This document shows, piece after piece, positions 1-16,033 of a stretch of DNA of 64,000 nucleotides. Position numbers and translations under genes: made by a program. The stretch spans positions 1,860,001-1,924,000 of the forward strand of contig NEEC01000015.1 in assembly GCA_002189035.1 (NCBI GenBank). Direction: 5' to 3'. This stretch comes from Utricularia gibba (taxonomy: Eukaryota; Plantae; Magnoliophyta). Below the pieces are notes generated by a model. The model ran no database searches, was not told the origin of the DNA, and worked only from the letters and a program-made list of their open reading frames with translations. The stretch's first letter is position 1. Every line of letters starts with the position of its first letter.

Positions 1-97
1 TGATCATCCCGTGGTTTTTATGATACGCTGTTTTCATATTGTTTTCTTCCCTGTAAGATAATGGTATCGAAACTTTTTACATTTTCTCTACATGCAG

Positions 98-942
98 TCA
101 ATACTGAGGCAAGCCAATTTCAAAAATGCAAAATTATTAGGGGCGAGCTTCTTCGATGCAGATTTAACAGGTAGTCTCAGGACTGCATATCTAGAACGTG
201 CTTGTTTTTATCTGGAGGTGGTGTTCATTTGATTCTTGTTGTATAACCAGGAGCAGACCTTTCTGATGCTGATCTAAGAGGTGCTGACTTTCTTTGGCAA
301 ATGTTACTAAGGTGTGTTCTCATTTGTCTGCTGCAGCTCTCGTGTACCTTGCCTGCGCTTCTGCACAGTTGCCGTGTCTCACATTGATCTCAAAGCCACA
401 CTGCAACTGAATCGAACATTTTATTGTCATGTGCCAATTGGTTTTCTGAAATGTTGTTAGTAGGCGAACCTGAGCAATGCTAATTTGGAGGGAGCACTTG
501 CGACGGGGAATACATCATTCAGGGGCTCAAATATCACCGGTGCAGGTATGTGAAATAGACTATTAATGGCGTGCAACCAATTTGCAACAAGCTAGTGTCT
601 CGGTCTCTAATGCAAGAAAATTTGCTCAGATTTCACAGATGTTCCATTGAGGGATGACCAACGTGAGTACCTCTGTAAGGTTGCAGACGGGTAAGAAACG
701 CCAAATATTGAGATTCAAACTTGAAACTAAAACTTGGAACACTATGTCCAACGAGGAACAAATGCATGCATGCTTTCTTCTAGCTGCTGATTTGCTCTGG
801 TGTTGGTTTTTTTTTTTTTTTTCTAATGCAGCTTATTGTAAAACCATTGAAATTGATTCCTCTCATGTGTTGTGTTCTGGTGATTTGCAGAGTGAACCCT
901 GTGACAGGAAATGAAACCAGGGAAACGCTGCTCTGCAAGTGA
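98..942 (+). CDS. Thylakoid lumenal 15 kDa pentapeptide-repeat protein (TL15-like), 3' part; 5' exons lie upstream
   Basis: GT-AG exons 98-170, 251-311, 464-545, 630-690, 891-942 splice to SILRQANFKNAKLLGASFFDADLTGADLSDADLRGADF(S)LANVTKANLSNANLEGALATGNTSFRGSNITGADFTDVPLRDDQREYLCKVADGVNPVTGNETRETLLCK*. This matches the Arabidopsis TL15 C-terminus as I recall it. One T is missing at 289-291. Confidence 0.85.
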
Positions 943-1290
943 GTCACTGCACATACAGGCCTTCTCTTGTGTTGTTTGCTGATATCAATTTACAAGCTGT
1001 TGTTCGAAACATCGAGTGATGTTTTGTGAAATCAAATTGCCACAGTCGTTGAAATACATAGAACATCACTTCTCTCATTCGGATTTCATTACAATGTTCA
1101 AACCACACCTTACATCGCATGATCACATACATGCTTGTGCTCATCCAATGAGAGGAACCCGGCGTGTTTTAGGCGCACCATACATGGCACTCGCCTTGCT
1201 TTGTAGTGTCTCCTTTTCGTGGACCAGGAACTGAATAGTTTCTCGATAATGAGATTCAAGGATCAAATTCATAGCCAAGTTAATGATTCA

Positions 1291-4870
<3,580 letters not shown>

Positions 4871-5346
4871 TTACTTTTTCCACACAGCTACAATCAATTC
4901 AAGAATGGTGATCCCCTTCTCAGCAAGAAACAACCTCACCGTTACCCCGATGAAATTAGGGTTTACACCTTCCCGATGGCATCGGCACCAAAACTTAAAC
5001 CCTTGTCGAAATGATTTTACAATCCACGCCTGGTTTTAGTTCCCAGTTCCCCAAAAACCGGTATTTATACGGCCCAAGTTCTGCACCTATAACTGGGCCA
5101 CCATTGAAAAAGGCCCACTTTCCCAAATTATAACTGAAATGAATTTTAATTTAAAAAAAGAATCATGTAAATCTTTTCTTTTTGAGAAATTGTGTATTCA
5201 CATAAATTGATTACGGCAGTAAAGAAAAGTAATTGGAAACTCGAAATATTATCTATATCTCCCTCTAGCTCCATCTATAAAACCGCTATTCAGGCCGGTT
5301 AACACACTGGAGAAATCAGACCCAACAAAAGTTCCAGTAACGTGTA

Positions 5347-6258
5347 ATGTGCAGTTCTCTTGAGAAAGACTACAAATTGTGCGAAGAACTCGGCCGTGGC
5401 CGCTTCGGCGTCGTCTACCGGTGCTACTCCCTCGCAGGCGACGGATTCTTCGCCTGCAAATCCATCAACAAGTCCTCAATCGCAGGCGACGACATCGATC
5501 GCCGTTGCATTGACGTCGAGCCCAAGATTTTGAGTCTCCTTTCCGGATCCCCTAACATTGTCGCCCTCCATGGAGTTTACGAAGACGATGAGTATGTAAA
5601 CCTCATTGTCGATCTCTGCGAAGGTGGTGACCTCTATGACCGCATTTCTTGCGGCCGTCGCTTGCCCGAGACTGAAGCCGCCGTCGTTCTGAAGCAATTG
5701 GTGACCGCCATTGCGTGTTGCCATCGATTAGGTATCGCGCACCGCGATATCAAGCCTTGTAACATCCTATTCGATTCTCTCGGGCGGTTAATGTTAGCCG
5801 ATTTCGGATCCGCGGAGCTGTTTCGAGTCTCGAAGATGACCGGAATTGTAGGAACGCCGTACTACGTCGCTCCGGAGATACTAAGCGGCGGCTATTACAC
5901 CGAGAAAGTGGACATTTGGAGCGCCGGCGTTATTTTGTACATACTGCTCGCCGGCATTCCTCCTTTTAACGGCGAAGGACCGGCAGAGATATTTCGTTCC
6001 GTAATCCACGGGAGTTTAAGATTTCCATCACAAATCTTTGGGTCAATTTCACCGGAGGCCAAGGATCTGCTGAGAAAGATGATATGCAGGGACGTATCTC
6101 GCAGGCTTTCCGCGGAGCAAGTTCTCAGTAAGCACTTCGATTAAACAATGCGAATGTGAAAAAATTCCGTATAACGAACTGTGAATTGAAGAGAGTCTCC
6201 CTTCTCTGTTGCAGGGCATCCATTCCTTCTTCTCCCATCAACGGCAGAAGTTCCTTGA
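5347..6258 (+). CDS. PPCK: Phosphoenolpyruvate carboxylase kinase (minimal Ca-independent CDPK-family kinase)
   Basis: Bare kinase domain (GRGRFG, HRDIKPCN, DFG, GTPYYVAPE) with no regulatory extensions. A single intron near the 3' end (6128-6214) joins EQVL-RHPF, the typical PPCK layout. Confidence 0.85.
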
Positions 6259-6953
6259 AGCAGGGGGGAGGGCCTGTTAGAGCAACACCAACCCCAGCCG
6301 TCGGATCGATCTTATCCTAACTTCGTTTTGGTATTCAGATGTAGAGTTTGTTGCTTTTGTGCATAACGAATCTTGGATTATTAAAAAATTAGAAGTGGTT
6401 ATCCTGTTAGTTCCCTTTTTTCCGGGAGTTAAATTCGTAATGCTAATGGATCTGTACGTCCAGGATTCAAAGATTCCTCGTGGATCCGACAAGTACAGAG
6501 CCTCGTGGGATTGCCCTAATCAACCGTACGTAATGGTAATTTAATGTTAGGCCTGAATCATGACACTTGAAAAAAAAAACTAAAAATCCTCGTCTTGCAT
6601 CATATATTCTAGACCGCCGGTTGTGAGTGATAAAATAAAACCATTGTTCTAATTCCAGGGAACAGAGATAAGTTTGTGGCGGGTGGCCACCAAGGCCCAG
6701 GGGAGATAAAATATCAAGCACCCATCCAAAAATATCACGTTCCTCGTGTCAGATATCTGTTAGAAATTAAAAAAATAAATTAAAATAAGATGAGCAGTTG
6801 CTCATCCTTATTTTCAGCAGTGAGTGCCATTCCTGACTGCTCTGCACCAACTTGGAGGAAGCAAGAAGATGAGCGAACGGTCTCATTGAATAAAAATGTT
6901 ACAGGAGAGAGAGAGGGGGCAGAAGTGCTTTTGATGTAATAGGAAGTTTCCTT

Positions 6954-7478
6954 CTATGGATCAGCAATCTGCCCACAGTCCTCCACAACCACAGGGGAGC
7001 TAGTAGTTCCGTCTTGAGAGCCAACTTTCTCCATAGCTTTTACTACGCTGTAACCATCGACAACCTTACCGAACACCACGTGCTTCCCATCAAGCCAAGA
7101 AGTCTTGGTTGTGGTGATGAAGAATTGGGATCCATTGGTGTGAGGCCCTGAATTTGCCATTGACAGAAGACCGGGCTCTGTGTGCTTCAGCTTGAAGTTC
7201 TCGTCTGAAAATTTCGCCCCGTATATTGATTCTCCTCCTGTCCCATTACCCCGAGTGAAGTCTCCACCTTGGCACATGAAGTTCGGAATTATGCGATGGA
7301 AGGTTGATCCCTTGTAGTGCAAAGGCTTCCCAGAGGCTCCGATCCCCTTCTCTCCAGTGCACAGCGCTCGGAAATTCTCGGCAGTTTTGGGAGTAATATC
7401 AGCAAACAGTTCCATCACAACTCGCCCTGCCTTTGCCTTCCCAATCAATATGTCGAAAAATACCCGTGGGTTCTTCAT
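6954..7478 (-). CDS. Single-domain cytosolic cyclophilin (PPIase), intronless
   Basis: [64 protein letters not shown], with the plant-type SGKPLH loop. True ATG is at 7478; the longer track ORF begins in 5' flank. Confidence 0.93.
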   Translation of the reverse strand: MKNPRVFFDILIGKAKAGRVVMELFADITPKTAENFRALCTGEKGIGASGKPLHYKGSTFHRIIPNFMCQGGDFTRGNGTGGESIYGAKFSDENFKLKHTEPGLLSMANSGPHTNGSQFFITTTKTSWLDGKHVVFGKVVDGYSVVKAMEKVGSQDGTTSSPVVVEDCGQIADP

Positions 7479-9887
7479 GGCTAAAGCGAATCTGAAAAAA
7501 AAAATGAAGAACGGGAATGTAAAAGGAACGCATTCTTCCGTAGAAAATCCTAGCAAAAACCAACAAGACAGAAACAAGCTATAACAAGCAATTCCAAAAC
7601 TGCCTTACGAAATTTAGCAAACAGTTCGCGCGCACTACTAAATGAAACCAACGAAGACACAATTCAGGGGTAGGTCAACACTACGATGGGGTTATGTGCG
7701 TTCATCCCGTCATGAGCCTTCACAACCAACAAGCAGGCGACAAGGTCATTAACATACGGGCAACGAACACATACTTTCTATAGCACAATTTTTGAGCTCA
7801 ACGGAAATTTCAGCTAGTTTTTATCTCCGTGAAGCCTTCGATATGTGCACGCGCATCCTTTTTTAAAAAGCATCCAGAGAAATCCACACACTATCCAACT
7901 GGAAACATAGAAAACGTAAAATGCGACTCGAAATCAGTAAAAACTCACCAAAATTCTTCGATGGCCAACGTTGCCGGACACTGTTTTTTAAACAACGCCG
8001 GCCACTAAAGCGTTCTAGGGTTTATTTAACAGATACTGAGGAGACAGAAATCGGGCCCAAAAGCCCATGAAGGCCCAATATCTACTCAAGGCGTCGCTTC
8101 TCCTGCTTTAAATAAAAGCCACCGGCAATATATTTTTAAAATATATATTTTATCATATAAATAACATTTTATTTATTAAATAATGAACGGCTAAATTGTT
8201 CTTTTTTCTTCACTTGTATTAATAAAATGCAAAGACGGTTCATTATATAAATAACATTTAAAGAATCTCCAAAATGCTTTTCAACAAAAAATAATTTAAA
8301 ATGTTAAAATTTAATATAGAAAAAACAAAAATTAGTAAAAAATAAAATGTATAATAAGAATTCAAATTTTAATATTTCTAAAAACTTTAGTATCAATAAT
8401 ATTGTTTAGAACATAGGAGGAGTAATCACCTCAATTTTGAGACGTGACCATGTTTGCATATTTAGACTAAACATGTAACCATCTCTAGAAATGTTTTGCA
8501 TATTACTTACTACTTGGTGCTCTATAGCAGACCCACCCGACCCGGCTTCGTATGCGGGTATTTGGTAGCCCCGTGAATGACCCGAGAGAATGCGAGAGCA
8601 TCTTTGTTCATGTATGGCAATGCCTGAAAAATAAAATGTGAAGTATTATTTTTCACAAAAAGTTTAATCTCGATTCATTCATGTCGTGTACAAGGAGTAT
8701 GCTTCTATTGGAATTATTCGATAAAGTTTAATTTATGAACTATTAATGAATATAAATCAAAAGAATGATAGTTTAAAGTGATACGTATGTATAATTAATT
8801 TATAATGACATAAGAAACTAACTTGACAGAATATTTCGAAAAATTAAATGAATTAGTTATCATTTAAATTTCATAGACAAAATTTAATGATAAAAAAAGA
8901 GAGAGAAAAGAAGAGGGTGGTTCTAGGGTTAGATTTGTGTTGTTAATGAAGGGTGTGGATGGATTTAATTGGCCGGTATCTGATGAGGCAAGTGGTGCGT
9001 GTATGTGTGTGTAGGGAGTAGGGACTGACCAGATGCACCGGACCACACGCACACATTCTCCCCAAGGAATTGCACTCCAATAATGTCTTGACCTAACCCT
9101 TTTTTTTTTTTTTACTGCATAACTATTTTTCGTTTTTTTTCTTTTTTTTAAATCTTAATTAAATATTCTTTTTTATTCATTGAGATGAGTCTTCCCCCGT
9201 AGAACTTGGAATTAAAAAGGAAATAAAATTGGGCCGACATGAAGAAGGGATGAGAAGAATGGTAAGAAAGAGACAAACAAGGAATGATTTCCCTGCATTG
9301 TAATATCGACTTAGGAGCAATATTTGAATTGATGAGAAAAAAAAAGCGAAATTTAATGATCAAATTTGAAGGAAATTTTGAGAATATTTAGTTAATAGGG
9401 TTCGATTTTTATAAAAAAATAAATTTCAAAAAAAGAAAATAGGTTTATTGAACGGCGAGGGATGAGTTGATTCCTTTCCGTTCTCCGGCTGCTGGTGCTG
9501 GTGGTGGGCAGCGTGGGGGTGTGTTGTTCATCTGAGGGAGGGAGGAAATAATGAAGGGGGCCGACAACGACAGGGAAGAAGACAAGACAGCGAAGAAGCC
9601 CCATAACTTTGAAACAGTAACTAACCCCACCACCGGAAACCTAAACCCCAGCCCCCTATCCTATTTTTCTTCTTCTTAAATACGTCTTGTTCTTTTCTAA
9701 TCACTCATTGGTCTTCTGCACTTTCTTTTTCCGCATAGTCTTCGCTGCTCTCCTGCAAATCTCTGTCTTTTTAACTCTCAGTCTTCGGATCATTTAATTC
9801 AGTTTTCACCAACTAGGGTTCTTCTTCCATACCCTCGTAATTCACCGTCTTCTTCTTCATCGGAAGAATACGGCCTAGTTTCCATAC

Positions 9888-10754
9888 ATGGCGAACCGGT
9901 GGTGGACCGGGGATGTGGGGTTTCCGGGCTCAGCCACGGGGGTTGACTTGTCGTCTTCTTCATCCACCATGAAACCAGATCTTGGGATATCCATCAATCA
10001 GACCATAGGCTACTCCATCAAGAACCCAGATCTGAGTATATCCATGTACGACGGGGGAGTTGGGGAGGAGGAGGAAGAAAGGGAGCACAGTGATGAGCCC
10101 AAAGAAGGAGCCGTCGATATGCCCGCTCGCCGCGCTAGAGGCCGCCCGCCAGGATCCAAAAACAAGCCTAAACCCCCGATTTTCGTCACCAGGGACAGCC
10201 CCAATGCTCTCTGTAGCCACGTTTTGGAGGTCGCCAGCGGAGCCGACATCGCCGACTCCATCGCCCACTACGCTCGGAGAAGACAAAAGGGAGTTTGCGT
10301 CCTCAGCGCAAATGGAACAGTTACAAACGTCACCATCCGTCAGCCTACGGCCCCCGGCGCCGTAATGGCTCTTCAAGGAACTTACGAAATTCTCTCCCTC
10401 ACGGGTTCCTTTCTTCCAGGGCCGGCGCCGCCGGGTGCTACCGGACTCACAGTCTACTTATCTGCCGGACAGGGGCAAGTTGTCGGCGGAAGCGTGGTCG
10501 GTTCCTTGATTGCTGTTGGCCCCGTGCTGGTTATCGCTTCCACGTTCGCAAACGCCACCTACGAACGGCTTCCGATAGAGGAAGAGGACGCCGGCGGAAT
10601 TGAGACACCGGGGCAGCATAGTGGTAAAAGCGATCCGTCCTCCGGCCATTTAGAAGCTTACAATATGCAGAATTTGCTCAACAGTAGCGCCGGGGGCAAA
10701 TCAACAGTGAATCATCTCTTGGCTGGAGCCATGGACGCCATCCTTTCTAGTTAA
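9888..10754 (+). CDS. AHL: AT-hook motif nuclear-localized protein, clade A (AHL19/AHL20-like), intronless
   Basis: MANRWW N-terminus, AT-hook [21 protein letters not shown]296 domain. Adding one G at 10692-10696 gives a family-like end [19 protein letters not shown] (stop 10748-10750). Confidence 0.9.
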   Translation: MANRWWTGDVGFPGSATGVDLSSSSSTMKPDLGISINQTIGYSIKNPDLSISMYDGGVGEEEEEREHSDEPKEGAVDMPARRARGRPPGSKNKPKPPIFVTRDSPNALCSHVLEVASGADIADSIAHYARRRQKGVCVLSANGTVTNVTIRQPTAPGAVMALQGTYEILSLTGSFLPGPAPPGATGLTVYLSAGQGQVVGGSVVGSLIAVGPVLVIASTFANATYERLPIEEEDAGGIETPGQHSGKSDPSSGHLEAYNMQNLLNSSAGGKSTVNHLLAGAMDAILSS

Positions 10755-11967
10755 TCTCATGAATCGTCGCTCTTTTCTACTCTTGTTGTTCCTACTGCTG
10801 CTGCTGTTGCTATTGTGTATGTGTAATCCGTTTGTCACCATTCTCATCTACTGTTGCTGTGTTCCGTCGTCGCTTTTTCTTCTTCTTTTTTTTTTCTTTC
10901 CTGCTTCTCCCCATCAGTTAAAAAAATAAAAACTGTAAAATTCATCCTCTTCATCCCTTGTAAAAACCCTAGAGTGGAACGTGCAGGCGGTGTTGTTAAG
11001 ACAATAATTTGTATGAAACCCTTCATATTTTCGATCAGTAATAAACAAACGTTTATCCTAATAATATTTTCCATTGGGTGATTCCATCGTGAGCCCGTAT
11101 TTAGAAAAAAAAAAAAAATACCAAAGTGAGTTTTGACCGATTAATACTTCAGAGTTTTAATTCCGGCTCTTGCATGTATTTATATGCTATGAGTAGGTAC
11201 TAAAATCCCATTCATGAGCTATCACGGCACGACACTAAAGCTCAGCAGCCGCTACTTCAGTTATCAGATTCTGCTACTTGGGTTTCAGTCAAACAAAGGG
11301 TTACCAGATTTGTGTAAGCATGCCCTGCCCTGCCCTGCTCTGGTGTGTTCACATCACAGACAGTGAGAGCAAAAGATGTGTGAACGTGGGTGAAGGCGAT
11401 ATCAAAGTTAGGGATTGGGATGTGACACAAAGCAGCAGCAGTAGTAGGAGTAGTAGGAGTCGTAGATCATGAGTGGATCCATTAAAAAGCTACAGTCGAA
11501 TGAAAGACCCACTGCTGTTACCTCATTTTTCCATATGTGACCACTGGCGCGTACTTGATGGCTAGATGGGTATCAGATGCAATAAAGGGCCATCATTTTT
11601 GGTGATGATACCGCACCACCGACCATAATCCTACAAATAAAAGAGCAAAAAAACAAAGGGGATCTTGGTTCCCTGACCACAAGCTTCAGTTGAAAGAAAA
11701 TGGCTCCTAAGTGAAGTTGACAGCCACAAAACATGGTTCCAAGATCAGTGGCGATTAAAATTCGCCCCCACTTGTATACCAGGACTGAAAAATGAATGGC
11801 TCACATAAAGTTATCATCCAAGATTAGCAGAGGCAGTTGGCTTTGAGTTAGGATTAGTAAATAGGCACAGACTTAATATAGTCAAGCTCCATTTCCAATA
11901 TGTGTTGTGTGGTCTGGCAATGAAATATAATCAGAAAAGCACTGCCACAGGAAGGGGATGCTACTTT

Positions 11968-13707
11968 TTAGTCCATCCTGAGACGTTTGGATCGGGCTTC
12001 CATTATCCAGTCACGGCAGTCTTGTTTAGATCCTGAGGGAAAGGAAAGCTGCCACTCGAGCATCTTCTGTTGCCATTCCTTAACCAGGGGTCCTCCGGTT
12101 TTCAGCTCAAAGATTTCCATGATATCCTTGCCGTTCAACAGCGGTGTGAGTTCCCATACTCTATCCAGCCCCATGCCAAAAATCGTCTTTTGTACCCTGT
12201 CAATCAGCTCCTTCCTCTCATTTAATTCCTTGCTTTTGTTTGATGTGCCTTTGCTGAAAGCAATGCCTGCAGGGTAGAGGAGCATGGAAAGAACCAGGGC
12301 TGCTCGCCATGACTCTTTTACTTCTCGGATAATCAATCCACATAATATCTTAAGTTTTGAAGCAACGGGCACATCAATTAGTTCTTGCTTCCAGTCAACT
12401 TCAGGAACTTTTAAATCGTCATCAGATATAATATTAGGAATCAGAGACAAAAATTTCTCTGCTGCAACGTGAAGAGCGATAACATTTTCGGCATCACTGT
12501 TCTTCAGTTTGAGAGAAGTACAAATGACATAGTGCACGGCTGGAACCAATTTCCCATTTCTAGCCACGTAGGAGGAGGTTCTGAATGGCAGCATCAGAGC
12601 AGCGTACAAGCAAAGCCTCTGCTGGTCATTTGTCGAAAAATATGAGCCTAAACACTGGAGCAACGTCCACGCTGAATCCATGTAAGCCACACAGTTCCCT
12701 TCGCATCCCTCTGGAGCTAGAGGTTTCATCTCAGAAGGAAGGGTGAATACAACCCAAAAAAGTTGCAATTGTGAAATATACGCGATTGCTTTAACTGGTT
12801 GTTTTCCTGCTATCATCAGATCAACTTCATGACCAACACGCTCCCGACTGATTTTCTCAACGATGGCAGCTATCACATCATCATCCGCAGCTGCTATCTT
12901 AAGTTCTCCATCCAGCTCAAAGTTGAATCTTGAAGCAAAACGTATAGCTCGAAGAACTCTGAGAGGATCATCCAAAAAGGTCTGTTTTGGTGGCAATGGT
13001 GTTACTATTTTCCCAGCTTTCAAGTCAGAAATGCCTCTTCCTGTAAAATCCTCAACTGAATTTGTATTAATGTTGTAAAACAAGCTGTTGATTGTTAAAT
13101 CCCTACGGAAAGCATCCTCTTCGGGTGTGCCAAATCTCATTGTTGGGATTCGACTATTATTGCTGTAATCTTCAGCTCTTAAGTTGACAAAATCAATCTG
13201 TACACCAAAGATGCGCATGTTTGCAGTTTCTAAATGCTTGGACTGATCTGGATTTCGCTGAATCACACCAACCCCACGACTCTCTTCACCTTTATCCACC
13301 AAATACTTGTTCACCCTTTCACAGAACTCACTGCCCAGCATATCATCAAGCGCCACATCAATGTCATTACACTCCTTACCCAATAACTTGTCACGAACCC
13401 AGCCACCAGCAACACGAAGCTGAGTCTGGAGATCACAGTGGCGAACAACTTCAATCAAAAAATCAAAAATTTCCTTCTCCTTTGCTGAGAGATCGATACG
13501 CTCCTTCACACTGACTAGAGGTTGTGACGTACACATTGTAGACGTTCTGAAACCGAAACAAGAATACCTCTGGAGGCACAAAGGTGTAATCTTTAAATTG
13601 GGATGAGCGGTAAGTCCTGTAAGAAATGGCAGACGTGGTAGTGACAGACTCAGTCCCAAAAACCTGAAAGAAAAAGTCCACCTCATTAAGAACTTCCACG
13701 AAGGCAT
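11968..13707 (-). CDS. Class II tRNA nucleotidyltransferase (CCA-adding enzyme), intronless CDS
   Basis: One 579-aa ORF with RVAGGWVRDKLLG..DIDVALD (motif A), DFVNLRAE, EDAFRRDLTINSLFY (motif D) and DDPLRVLRAIRFASR. In-frame ATGs at 13707, 13686 and 13536 precede or follow a transit-like peptide. Confidence 0.93.
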   Translation of the reverse strand: MPSWKFLMRWTFSFRFLGLSLSLPRLPFLTGLTAHPNLKITPLCLQRYSCFGFRTSTMCTSQPLVSVKERIDLSAKEKEIFDFLIEVVRHCDLQTQLRVAGGWVRDKLLGKECNDIDVALDDMLGSEFCERVNKYLVDKGEESRGVGVIQRNPDQSKHLETANMRIFGVQIDFVNLRAEDYSNNSRIPTMRFGTPEEDAFRRDLTINSLFYNINTNSVEDFTGRGISDLKAGKIVTPLPPKQTFLDDPLRVLRAIRFASRFNFELDGELKIAAADDDVIAAIVEKISRERVGHEVDLMIAGKQPVKAIAYISQLQLFWVVFTLPSEMKPLAPEGCEGNCVAYMDSAWTLLQCLGSYFSTNDQQRLCLYAALMLPFRTSSYVARNGKLVPAVHYVICTSLKLKNSDAENVIALHVAAEKFLSLIPNIISDDDLKVPEVDWKQELIDVPVASKLKILCGLIIREVKESWRAALVLSMLLYPAGIAFSKGTSNKSKELNERKELIDRVQKTIFGMGLDRVWELTPLLNGKDIMEIFELKTGGPLVKEWQQKMLEWQLSFPSGSKQDCRDWIMEARSKRLRMD

Positions 13708-14451
13708 TTTTATTCAGATAGACATCCACAACTTCAACGAGAAATACATAGTACGGTTTATGAACACAATAAGAACCACTAGAGACGCTGACACTCAGAA
13801 CTCAAAAGGAGGCAATTCCCGATATCCATGTCCAAGCTCACAACTTAGAAACTGGGGATCGTACATACGGGTGATGGGATCACAGCCAGTACGCACCCAT
13901 TCCAGAACTTAAGAAGCAATGCCCGGAACGATTGCATATACAGTTTCCTCTTATTCACACAGCAGAAAAGTAAACAACACAGACATCCGATCCAGACTAT
14001 CCCCTAATAAAACCTTGACGAGAAGAGCACAAAACTCACATTGGAATCTAAACCAGACTCGGCGTCTAGAAGCAGTTCCCACTTCGCATCTTCATTCCCC
14101 AAGTTCCCTCCAATACCTAAACCCTCGTCTCGTTCCCCAATATAAAGTATCCGCCTCTATATTTGCATCTCCACCACCACGATTTTCCCCTCAATCTTTC
14201 CCCTAATCAAATTTCAAATTTAGGGCTTTTGAATTTTGCATTTTTTAAAAAAATTAAAAATTGATTTACCCATTTTTTTATAGAATATATAAAACTTTGA
14301 GCTTTACTTCATTTGAACCCGAAATGTATCTGTATTAAGTTTTCAAAGAGTATTTCCAAGGTAGCATGAGCAACTGAAACAACAGCTTCAGCAACTCAAC
14401 GCAGTAATTCCTAATGGCGAAAAGCTACCACAATCTAACACGTTAGAGGCT

Positions 14452-15352
14452 TCACTCTTTTTGACACACATTCTTTGATGATTCTTCAGAATGGGAAATT
14501 CTCAGGTCTTCAATCTGCATGATGAAAAGCAGCCAATGTTACAAACTATAACACAGGAAAGGAGAAGGGAAGAAGAGTGCTATGGAAACGGTTACACAAG
14601 ACCTCTTGACATTTTGCTTGATGCTTGGCCAAAAGCTCGTCATATTGACGTTGAAGATCAGAGAAATCTGCCTTCAGCTTTTCATGTTCAGCAAGTGTAG
14701 GCCCTCCCAATCTTTGCTGGATGAACCTGTTGAATTAAACGAGTGTCACAATTGGCTTTTCGTGTGTTAAAAAAGGCCCCTTTTCCTAAAACCAAATCCA
14801 GATTTTGAGACATATCACTTACTCAATAGCTGAGGAAGGCTTCTCGTTCTGCTCATACAATGAGACAAGAGCTATACACAAAGGGAGCACAGTGTGGTTA
14901 CGAGATCACTCAATAGGATTTTGATAGAAACTAGCAAATGAAGAGGAGAGATCTAGCCAAGAGACAAACCTTTCGTTAGAGCATCAAGGACTCCGTTAGA
15001 ATCCAAGTACTTTCTAAATACCTCCTTCTTAGCTTCCTTTTCCTGTTGACGGTATAGAAAAGAGTCGAACTTATCACCTTTCCTTCAAAGCCACATCTTA
15101 TGCGCAGGAAAAAACTCTAAAGAGTTTAACACTTGGAAGAACGATGATAAACCTTCAATAAAAAAAAACCAGCTCCCGGATCCTAAAAACCAATACACCA
15201 TACACACAACACGACACGTCTGAACTCCCAAATTACAGACCAACACCCAAGCGCATTTACATAACCTCTATCCCACTACACCCACATTTAATAATCCTAA
15301 AAAACTGCTTCCGCAACAAATACTTGAGATCAGCATTCATACGGACCTCCAT
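14452..15352 (-). CDS. c-Myc-binding protein (MYCBP/AMY-1)-like small protein; not in the ORF track
   Basis: Exons 15352-15347 (ATG GAG, inferred), 15042-14970, 14871-14823, 14726-14603, 14514-14452 splice to MEEKEAKKEVFRKYLDSNGVLDALTKALVSLYEQNEKPSSAIEFIQQRLGGPTLAEHEKLKADFSDLQRQYDELLAKHQAKCQEIEDLR...*. Confidence 0.8.
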
Positions 15353-16033
15353 TGCTCTGTTAAAATGGGATCAAAAGGAACGCTTTACATTTCCAAGCAG
15401 GCAATCGGGTGCGGAAAACTTTACCATTCTTCACGAAGCTTTCGCCACTCCGAGATCTAACACTCGAGGATGTCCAGCAGCTCCGAGACAGTCGGTGGTG
15501 ATTTAGATCTTCGAAAGAATGCGAAAGATCTGTTGAGTATATACACGAAATGGGACATCAAGAAAGCGAAAGATCTTCATGATTGCACTATATGGGCCTC
15601 CCCTTCTTGTAACTCTACCAGCCCAATAAGGTTTTGCACCCGTACAAGAAGCCCGAAAAAAGACGTGAACAGCCCATTACAAGGTGGCCCCACAATACTG
15701 ACACCCTTGCAGCTTTGACTTCCATCTCCCCCGAGAATTCGGACAAGGCGGATGTGGATCACATTAGCGGCGCATTATAGCACCCAATTCGGCGGAACGT
15801 CAGTTCTGACTTGTGAGCACGCTAACGTGGCCCATATAGCGGCGCATTTTAGCGTTCGCCACCTGAAATCGATAGAATCATGAGTTTCAGCTCTACAAAA
15901 CAGAAAAAAAAAAAGATCGATTGGATGAATGGAAACTCATTCAATCATCCCCATATTTACATACCTGGGAAACATGACTTAGCTGCAACTGTTCATTGGA
16001 TGCGTAAGAGTTGCGAAAGGAACGTTTCCAACT

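Noticed and set aside
11345-11390. GTTCACATC/GATGTGTGAAC hairpin between AHL and the CCA gene
   Set aside because: Only about 9 bp with a bulge; no known miRNA; within chance expectation.
15470-15718. 82-aa plus-strand ORF MSSSSETVGG..
   Set aside because: Antisense to the MYCBP-like leader/promoter; no recognisable motif; its GATCT repeats are typical of leader sequence.
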